A stretch of DNA of 64,000 nucleotides from Chrysomallon squamiferum (Eukaryota; Animalia; Mollusca): the NCBI GenBank assembly GCA_012295275.1, contig CM022679.1:26598001-26662000 (forward strand), given 5' to 3'. This document shows positions 53,880 to 64,000 of this stretch, in pieces (the stretch's first letter is position 1; each line of letters opens with the position of its first letter). The position numbers were made by a program, and so were the translations under genes. The notes beneath the pieces are model-generated. The model saw nothing but the letters and a program-made list of their open reading frames with translations. It had not been told where the DNA came from and ran no database searches.

Positions 53880-54188
53880 CGAATATTTGTTTAACAACTT
53901 GTCACGTTTTAACACTAACAGTTACCACCTATTACTCATACGTTACTGGTGTAGTGATGGTCTGACAGAAGAACTCACTTCATCCTCCGCTGGTATCGAT
54001 CTGCAGCAACGGATCTTTCTTCATGCATCTTCTTACAAAGAGAGAAATCGCATAACGCGGTCTATGATACACTGGCAGTGCTAGTTATTACGTCACAAAC
54101 GGGCTGCAGCCCCAGGAACCCCACCCAGGGGAAGGGATGACGAAGATCGAGACTTCCGCAGACGTATGTTCTAACCACTGGACCACAT
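53880..54188 (-). mobile_element. Eroded tRNA-derived SINE remnant
   Basis: GATCTGCAGCAACGGATCTTT core; ends TCTAACCACTGGACCAC, whose reverse complement GTGGTCCAGTGGTTAGA is a good tRNA A-box. Confidence 0.5.
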
Positions 54189-54760
54189 TCAGATCATACT
54201 GTAGTTTATACGACAGATATAGTGTGTGGTATAAGTGCTTCAGTTATCAGCTGTGCTGTGGTGATAATTTGGGGGTATAAATAACAATATCTGCTAAAAC
54301 AGTTCTAGTAACGTATGTATGTATGTATGTATGTGTGTGTGTGTGTGTAAAGTAATAGAATTTAAAAAAATACTTCAACGCTATTATGATGGTTTCATTA
54401 ATTACTGTATTTGACAAACTACTTCAGTGACATATATCATGGCAGCTTTATGTTCAGTAACATACTAGCAGTACTATTGCAGGTTTATGGATTAAATTAT
54501 TTAGTAAACTACTCCAAAAAAATAAAATGTCAGTTTTACGCATAAATAAGTATTTTGTAATCTACTTCATGCAAGGAAACGATATTTCTATGAAAAACAA
54601 ATTATAAAAATTGTTAAACTTTTTCTAGCATGGCTAATTATAAATATTAGGTAGATAGCTAGCTAGATAGACAGACAGACAGACATACAGATAGATAGAT
54701 AATAGATAGATAGATAGATAGACAGATAAATAAATGTATATATGGATAGATGGATATATG

Positions 54761-54796
<36 letters not shown>

Positions 54797-55126
54797 TAAC
54801 AGCTACAGTTCAGTAAACTATAATTGTTCCTAGTAATGTTATGGAGGGCACTATGTAACTGGATGTAAAGTAACAGAACTGTCTGTCTGTCTCTCTGTGT
54901 GTAACTACTGCGAGACTCGTCCTACGAGTCTGGTATCCGTGTTTCTGCTGGCGATATCGCATCGACTTCGTGATGAGCTCAGTTATCCAGCATATGTACG
55001 TGTGCATAACTATCTGCAGGGAAGCCTGCATAACCTGATTTCTTTGTGCATGAAACGCGTGGTATGGATTATAAACATCCGTGTTTTTCTCTGTGCGTTG
55101 AGAATGAACGTGTATGTGTGTGTGTG

Positions 55127-55178
<52 letters not shown>

Positions 55179-55186
55179 TGCCTTTG

Positions 55187-55304
55187 TAAGTTGCTGAGTA
55201 AGCATACTTCAAACAGTTTACGTACGTTTATGGGCGTTTTACAATAAAGCAACAGGTGTTTAGATCGTATATTCATAAGCTTGTATAAATTTACATATCC
55301 TGTT

Positions 55305-55356
<52 letters not shown>

Positions 55357-55501
55357 TGTGTGTGTGTCTATAAGTTGGCGAGTAAGCACACTTCAAACAG
55401 TTTACGTTCGTTTATGTGCGTTTTACAATAAAGTAACAGATGTGTAGAACATATATTCATATGCTAGTATAAATTTGCATACCCTGCTTATATAGATAAA
55501 A

Positions 55502-55539
<38 letters not shown>

Positions 55540-55540
55540 A
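55187..55540. repeat. ~185-bp direct duplication, each copy bounded by (TG)n
   Basis: TAAGTTG..GAGTAAGCA.ACTTCAAACAGTTTACGT.CGTTTATG.GCGTTTTACAATAAAG.AACAG at ~55187 and ~55371. Confidence 0.9.
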
Positions 55541-57136
55541 TACAAACATATATATATTTCTGTTAATATTTCTTCTATGCCTTAAAAGAAAAATATTAAT
55601 ACTGTAACAACAAAAGCGACAAAACAAAAATTAACAACAACACCAACAAGAGCAACAACTACAACAACAACAACAACAATAATACTACTACTACTACTAA
55701 TAATAATAATAATAATAATGGTGATGATGATGAGGATGATGATGATGATGCTAAAATAAAATAAAATAAAGCAGAAGAAATCGAACTTTCGGGAGAACAT
55801 AAATTAAAATAACAATGATTTCAAATAAGCAGTGTTTTCCAAATACGAAACTATAACTGAAGAAAAAAACCGAAATTTATATATATCGACATTATGTCTA
55901 AACCGACAGGTCCCGTATGAATGCAGTCGGTACAGAGTACACTGCACATGAAACGATGTCCTACTTAATTCAACCTTCCATTACATCAGGGATTTGCATT
56001 ACGTCACAGCCACTCTGCCGTCATGTGACCTACAAACTTGACCTTTTCTAGAAGAAAGACCAAACGAAAACGAGTCAGCTGTTTCTGACTACAAGAGTCG
56101 GTCTACTTCGTGTAATTATTTCGCTATGTGGAATCTTCGCCGTTTTTTCTTTTTTTTTAGCTTGATTTGACGTCATTACTTGCGACTAGGTTTTGGAAGT
56201 GTATCAAACTTAGTACAGAGAAAGGTGACGAGTGGGTTTTTTGTTGGTGGTTGGTTTTTTTTTTTTTTTTTTTTTTTCTTAGATATGACGTTAGAGGTAG
56301 TTATTTTAAAATTAATTTTGATAGTTTAAAACTAATATAACATTGTAAGATTAGTTAAAAATGTAATTAATAAACCCAAAACAACATAAATAATAATAAT
56401 CATAATAATAATAATAACAACAACAACAGTGATGATTATGATGATGATGATGATAATGATGATGATGATGATAAACTAATCTGCATCATTAGTAGGACTC
56501 AAAAGAAGGTAATCGAACAAATAAACAAACAAAATAAAATAACTGAAAAAAAAAAAAAAATCAGAACAAAATTATAATCGGATCGCAGATATATCTTGAC
56601 ATAAGCTCAGTTTTCTAAAATTTCATTTATTTCTCTCGTAATTTGATCAGCGTTCTGCGACAGTCGCTGTATGATTCAGTCCTTTGTAAGATTTTAATAA
56701 ATAAAATAACTTTTCATAAATATTTATGCTCATTTCAAATTAAGTAAATAATAATACATTACATTAATAAAAAGAAAGAAAAGCATCCGACACATATTAG
56801 AAATAATCCTAGCTATAAATCTAAAAGTACAGAAGAACATTCAAAATAATTATTGTTACAAGTCTAACAGTTCGGACGTACATTAACAATAACCGTTGTT
56901 GCGAGTGTTAAAGTACAGATGTTACAGTTTCTTATTCGCTCATCCAAAGTCAATTTATCCAACTGTTACCTTTAATTAACTAATCAATGAATGTTTATTC
57001 AAATTTGTAGCATTCACGGAGATCGATTCGATACCCACGTATAAAGCAACATACACAACAAAAGATAATTGAACAAAAATAGAAACAAACTTTCATTATC
57101 TCTCTCCGTCTCTCTATCCTTTTAACAATCTATTTA

Positions 57137-57318
57137 CCTCTCTCTCTCTCGCTCTCTCTCTCGTTCCTTCTCTCTCGCTCTCTCTTTCTCTCTCTCTCTC
57201 GCTCTCTCGTTCATTCTCTCTCGCTCGCTCTCTCTCTCGCTCTCTCTCTCGTTCATTCTCTCTCGCTCGCTCTCTCTCTCGCTCTCTCTCTCTCTCCTTC
57301 TCTCTCTCTCTCTCTCTC

Positions 57319-57380
<62 letters not shown>

Positions 57381-57450
57381 ACATACAATAGAACCAAACA
57401 CACACACACACAAAACAGTTATTTGCGTTTACTAAAACTGACTAGTGAAC

Positions 57451-57520
<70 letters not shown>
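57137..57520. repeat. Interrupted (CT)n tract followed by an (AG)n tract
   Basis: (CT)n 57137-57376 and (AG)n 57454-57520. Confidence 0.92.
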
Positions 57521-57523
<3 letters not shown>

Positions 57524-59067
57524 AACGAGCGCGACTATTCATGAATCACACATTGCCTAATTGTTACGGGAAGATTAACACGTGTTTGTTTATCCAGGCT
57601 GCATGTTTCCAGTTTTATCTTTGTCTCGTGCGGCTTGTTATCATCATTTCATCAACGCGATACGTTTTGCTCCAGAAAACAGCACCTGACGAAACAAAAA
57701 TAAACCAACAGATAAAACAAACCTGTAACAAAAACAAAAAAAAAAAAACACACGAAGCTCCAGCTTGTTAAAACGCAGTTGTAATAAAGCATAACGCTGC
57801 ACCTAATGCTCTCTCTCGCTGTCGAATGGTTTTAGTATTTTGTGTCGTGAAAAGCCTCGTTGTTTTGTTTCTAATTAGTATAACGTGTTAAACGTGTGTG
57901 GGGGTTTTGTTTTACGTTGATGGTATCAGTTATAAGCTGCCGTTGCTGCAATGGAGTATTCTTATTGACTTTGACAACTGTGTTAAAATCGAAACAGCAT
58001 AACGAGATGAGTACGTGTTTTTTTGTTACAGAGATAAAAATGTAATATATCAGAATAATCTACAGCTGTCTACTATGTCCTATATATTCTGTTGTTGTTG
58101 TTGTTGTTGTTGCTGTTATTATTATTGTTATTATTATTATTATCATCATCATCATCATTATTATGTTATCATCATCATCATCAATGTTATTATTATTATT
58201 ATTTTTTATTTTTTTATTATTATTATTATTTTACAATAACCTTTGTTCCTTGGCTCCATTTAAAACTACAGGTGTTTATTTTTGTTGAAATTTTTGTCAC
58301 TGATCTAACCTGGTACTCTCTATTAGCAGAAGTAACACACAGACATACAGATACACAGAAACAGCCACCCGCAAACAAACAAACAAACAAACGACTTCAT
58401 GCAAAATATTCAAACTAAAGCTCACATTTTTCGATTTCACACATTCACATCACATCTACTACGACATGCACATTCACTGCATACGTAATTTTTTTTTTTT
58501 TTTTTTTTTTTTCTTGCACATATATTTGGAAAGTTCACAAGAATGCAGCACAATTTTTCGGATAACTCAACAACGTAAACACATCAAACCCAAAAGTCAT
58601 AAAAAGCAAATCTGGAAACCATCAACATCAGTTTTTTTTTTTTTTTTTTTTTTGCTTTCGACAGTTCTTCACGGATCATGTGTCTCTGACAACATTTTTG
58701 TTTGTTTTTTTCATTTTCATTTTACGAGAATCGTAACATGCATGTTGGCAAATTGCAGTTTCTTAACGATCTCCTTGTGTAAGACTTTTCTTCTTTTTTT
58801 TTTCTTTTTTTTCAACTGCTGGTACTTTCATGCTCAGGCTACGTTCGTTTGTACGACAATCGTAAATACACGTTATTGACTGACTCTGTGTTTTGTGAAA
58901 TTAACGATCAGTTATGCTGCAGCAAACTTTGCTGAACGAGATTAGACAACCGTGTGTTGTAATGATATCAGTTTTAATTACGTGTGCAACACAAACATAG
59001 ATTACAGATAGGCAGCTGCACCTATATACATATATACGCTGATAGATAAACAAACATACATACATAT

Positions 59068-59189
<122 letters not shown>

Positions 59190-60264
59190 ATACGTGTTAT
59201 TTGGGACAAATAGACAGGCAAATCAAATATGTTTCAGTATGTGTGTACCAAATACGTACAAATAGTTTTGCATAAACATACACATACATAATATTCAAAT
59301 ACACGCAGATACAGACACTCAGTCATCTTTACAAATTAAAAACAAATAAACAAACAATTTAAATAAATAAATAAACAAACAACAAGATAAACCATACACA
59401 AAAATTTCTTCTACAAACAAAAACGATTCTCGAAATGGAATTCAGTTTAAATTAATTCGGCGTCACCAGATTTGTGCGGAAAGTAATCACACTGTTCAGC
59501 GGAGGCACCAAAACGCTTTTCCATGGTCACGTGATTCATTATAACTACATATGGTGACGTCATTTGACAAAGTCTTGTCTTCGGGGACGAGGTACGCAAT
59601 TATAATTTAGATTGTTTTTCCCGAGTAGCTGCAAAACTTGGAGCATCGTTGACGATCCTCGGAACCTTTGGGGAAATTTCAACGAGCACCTCTTTATAAT
59701 CGCTTCTTCTTGAAAAATGTCTTCCCGTCGCTTCTTAAAGCCAAACCGAAACCACCGCCACACGTATCAAATACAGCTGCGTGCGTTTACTTTATCGTTT
59801 ATTATTAAAACTACTTAATTCCAGCGTTTCCCCAGCCTTTCATGTGCAGTCAGAAATGATTCTTTCCTTCAGTTACGCAGATCAGATCCATTTGAGCTTT
59901 CTGCGGCGGTTTTTTTTTTTTTTTTTCTTTCTTTTTCTCTCTCTCTCATTTCCTAATCTCTGTTGGGATGTCTCTCTATGCAATAGCATTAATTCAGAAT
60001 TGCATGTTCTCGGAGTAAAGAGAGTGCAAAAGTTGACGTAGCGACGTTGATGATAATTGAAGATTTCGTGCAGAACTGCGGCTTCGCTCGGTCTCCAAAG
60101 ACTGCGAAGAACACTTTTTGAAATTACGAAAATCACTTCTTGTTTACTGAAAAGAGAGCTTGAGAAGTAGATGGGAGAAAATTATTTTGTATCCTGTGAA
60201 ATTGTCTGAAAGATTTTAACTTTTTTTTTCTTCAATATCAGTTTTTTTTCTTTCTTTGTATTAT

Positions 60265-60660
60265 TACTACTGCTACTACAAATCTACTACTAGTACTACT
60301 ATTACTATTCCTACTCCTACTACTAACCTACTACTAGTACTACTATTCCTACTGCTACTACTACTACTACTTCTACTACTATTACTATTATTGCTATTAT
60401 TATTATTACATCTGCTATTGCTAATGCTACTGCTATTATTAACACTATTACCTATTACTACTAATATTACTAATACTAATAGAATTACTACCACTAGTAC
60501 TACTACTATTACCACTGTTATTATTACTACTATTACGGCTATTACCACTACTACTGCTACTACTACCCTTACTATCACTACTACTACTGTCATTACTACT
60601 TCTACTGCTACTACAACAACTAGTACTACTACTACTACTAGTAATAATAATAATAATTCA
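60265..60660. repeat. Degenerate (ACT)n/(ATT)n trinucleotide tract
   Basis: Seen directly; it explains ORFs 60256..60900 and 60276..60593. Confidence 0.9.
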
Positions 60661-61166
60661 ATCTGCTACCACTACTTTATGAAGCTAGATCCACTGTACC
60701 TCACAATGAATGATGACGTGCACAAAATAATCAAACGTGGCAGCCTCGTAAACGTTCACTTAATTCCAGTTATTCTTTTCTTCTTCTTCTTCTTCTTCTT
60801 CTTCTTCTTCTTCTTCTTTTTCTTCTTCTTCTTTAACTCTTTATTTACCTACATCCAAACTTTCTTTCCGTGTCTGCAGAATTTTCTTTTGTTTGTTTAA
60901 GAACTGGGTATAAATTAAAGAATAACAGACAGAATCGATCAAGTTTTGTCTTTCTTCTCGTTACCTTTTCCGTGCTCAAATACCCGCGGGATGTATCGTT
61001 TTAGAAAACGCCTGTCTTCCATGCCTGTGTAAGTACTTACCTACATACGTACGTATATAAATATTCAAACATATTTACATACACACATACGTACGTACAC
61101 ATACATACATATACAAAAAGCATGCATAAATACATATATTAAAAACATAGAGAGAGAGAGATAGAG

Positions 61167-61207
<41 letters not shown>

Positions 61208-61789
61208 ACACACACACACACAAAAAGCAAACACCATATACGTACTTAGATGCATACATACATGTATATATATAGGTATATTCACATATATACATACATA
61301 CATACTTATACACACACACACATATACAGACATACATAAACACACACATATTCAGACACCAAACAGAAAAAAACGTTTTTTTTTTTTAAGTTCAGACCTT
61401 CACTTTGCAGTCAATTACAGTATCAGTATCACAATACGTTTCCAACACGATTACAGTTATAACATGAAAATTTCAATAATAGTTAAATAATTATCAAACA
61501 GTTTAATTTCATTGTGGTATTTCAGAATGTCACGGTGTTTAAGATGACACTTCTGTTTGTTTAAAATGGCAAAACATCAGTTTTGACAGAGAAATGTATC
61601 GACGTAGCAATTGCCTGAATCATTTTTGGTTATTATTCTGACATCGTAATAACTGCATTTGTTATTTAATGTGGTAACATTTACAGAGAGAAAAGTCAGA
61701 CAGATATAAATAGACAGACAGACTCACAGACAACAGACCTAGACAGATAAACTGACAGACACACAGAAAGACAGAGATAAGGACAGAGA

Positions 61790-61885
61790 CATAGATAGAT
61801 AGATGGGTGGATGGATGGATGGATTAGACAGACAGACAGACAGATAGATTGATAGATAAATAGATAGACAGACAGACAGACAGCC

Positions 61886-61969
<84 letters not shown>

Positions 61970-61970
61970 C
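61790..61970. repeat. (GATA)n/(GACA)n tetranucleotide tract
   Basis: Seen directly in the sequence. Confidence 0.92.
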
Positions 61971-62684
61971 TGACAGACTGAATGAGTCAATAAATATTAT
62001 TTACTTAATTTTAAAAAAAAAAAAATTATAAAAGAAAGTATATCTTCATTCAAAACATCAAAAAAAAAAAAAAAAAAAAAAAAAAATAAATAAATAAAAT
62101 AAAATAATAGTAATAGTAATAATAAAAAAAAGACATAAACCAAATTTAGGATGAGAAAAAAAAAAATCAAAAAAAAAGTAAAAAAACCCATAAGAGAATA
62201 ATAATAATAAAAAAAAAAAAAAAAAAAATCAGAAAAAACGAAAAAGTAAAATCAAAAAATCAAAAAAAAAAAAAAAACAATAAAAAAAATTCAGAGAAAC
62301 AAAAAAGTATCTGATCTAATCAACAATCCATTGTCTTTATAAAATTACATAATATAATTTGTTTTTCGCGAAACGTTGCTTTTCTGAAGCTGTTTATCCG
62401 TAACTGAATTACACCTGTTCAAACAGCAAACAGCGCTGCTTTAATGAAAACGAGCTGGGTGTAAAAATAATATTTAAAAAATCACTCATTCCGAATCCTT
62501 CTGGGAATTATTCTCGGCAAAACATATCACGATCGCTATGAAAAGCAGAGAAACAGCAGTTCGAGTGAAAAGTGTATAAGTTGTCAAATTGTATTAAATA
62601 CATAAAGTAATTTTGCTTTGAAAAATAATCTTGTCTCCGGACGATAAAAAAAAAAAAAGGAATGAAAGAGAAGCCAGTAGATTG

Positions 62685-62720
<36 letters not shown>

Positions 62721-62924
62721 ACACGGGGTTGGTTTTTAAAAATTAGCGTACAAAGTCAAAGTAATTTTGTTATCGTAAATGATTTGTTTTTATGGTGATG
62801 GGGTGGGGGGAAGAAAAGGGGTGTAGAGTGTGGTTTTCAAAATGGAGAAACATTGTAGAATAATTCGTGGAAATTTAAAGCAATATTAATAAGAATAATT
62901 GAAATAATAATAATAATAATGATG

Positions 62925-62958
<34 letters not shown>

Positions 62959-64000
62959 TGATGATGATGAGGATAATGATAATATAACAAATCTTTATAA
63001 CAAAATATTAATACGGTTCAAAAAGAAGAATTTTAAAAGTCAGTATAGAAATAAAATTGTTAATTTGAAATATATGAAAAAAAGAAAAACACTGATTTTT
63101 ATTAAAATTTTAAAAACATATTAGATACTAAGTCTAATTAACATAATACTATAATAATTATAATAATAATAATAATAATCATAATAATAGTAATAATAAT
63201 AATAATAATGGTTATAGTAATAGCAGTAGTAGTAATAGTAACAGTAATAAATAAATAAATAAAATAAAACAAAATAAAACCAAGCAAAACAATAAACAAG
63301 CTAAAAAAAAATATATAATAATAATAAAAACAAAATAAAAAGAAATAAAAAAATAAAAGCGGAAAACAAACTAAAAATTTTCCTAAAAAAAAGAAAAAAA
63401 AAAAAAAAAAATCCTCATCGGATGAAAAAAAACCAGAAAAAAGAAGAAAAAAACAAAAAAAAAACGAAGTTAATTTTCACTTAGCATGAATGGACGTAAC
63501 GACAACACACGTTCACGCAGTGTTTTTGCCACGCGTTTATTAACTGTGTAAACGATCGGATCGGAATTTAAGATCGTTGCAAATCCATTAGACTTAGCGA
63601 CACCTCGCGTTGATCCCTCAATTATCAGAGGAATGGAAATATTAAAGATTTTTTTTTTTTTTTCTGAAATAATCGAGGTGATGTCTCCTGGGCCCTTTAC
63701 GTCAAATTGTCAAGCATGTTCTGAAAGTAACTCGTGATATTCACTGGTGTCTGTACAGACGTAGTTCAATGCCGCAGTACACGGCGTAACTGTATCGCCT
63801 CCCATTATGTTAATAAAATGCAAATTGCAGGCCTTAACTGCCTCGTTACTTCTGCCGAGTTTTGTGATCATATTCAAACGAAAAGAATGAAGCTACGACT
63901 GCAGCGATTTCTCAAGAAGAAAGAGAAATAAAAATTTACGTAGACCTTATTTGATATGTGTTCCCGAATATTAGCCACAGATACATGTTTAAGATTTTCG

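Noticed and set aside
59560-59763. Complex-looking short ORFs in downstream islands (also 27770..28222, 42158..42546, 51160..51408, 63734..63931)
   Set aside because: No recognisable protein similarity or consistent splice signals; better explained as GC-richer non-coding sequence. BLASTX or RNA-seq could overturn this.
60256-60900. 214-aa and other low-complexity ORFs (poly-L/T/Y/F, ER, HT, SL repeats) across the window
   Set aside because: They are translations of microsatellites, with no splice or domain support.

Overview
This is AT-rich, microsatellite-dense animal DNA with spliceosomal GT-AG introns. It is probably a mollusc (gastropod), inferred from repeat style only. I reconstructed by hand one complete 14-exon gene on the + strand: TXNDC11 (ER thioredoxin-domain protein, EDEM partner in glycoprotein ERAD), CDS 4499..32007. 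All intron phases are compatible and the exons sum to 2598 nt (865 aa plus stop), with a WCAKS (CxxS) and a WCGFC (CxxC) thioredoxin motif. The remaining ~32 kb has no recognisable coding exon. It holds CpG-retaining, motif-rich non-coding islands separated by simple repeats, minisatellites and eroded tRNA-type SINE remnants. The best leads are: a second in-frame start matching the human M58 alternative start; a UPRE overlapping a start-stop uORF just before the ATG; intronic minisatellites that multiply TCF sites or a splice donor; and a layout resembling a genomic regulatory block. I found no CRISPR array, RNA gene or clearly new multi-gene system.
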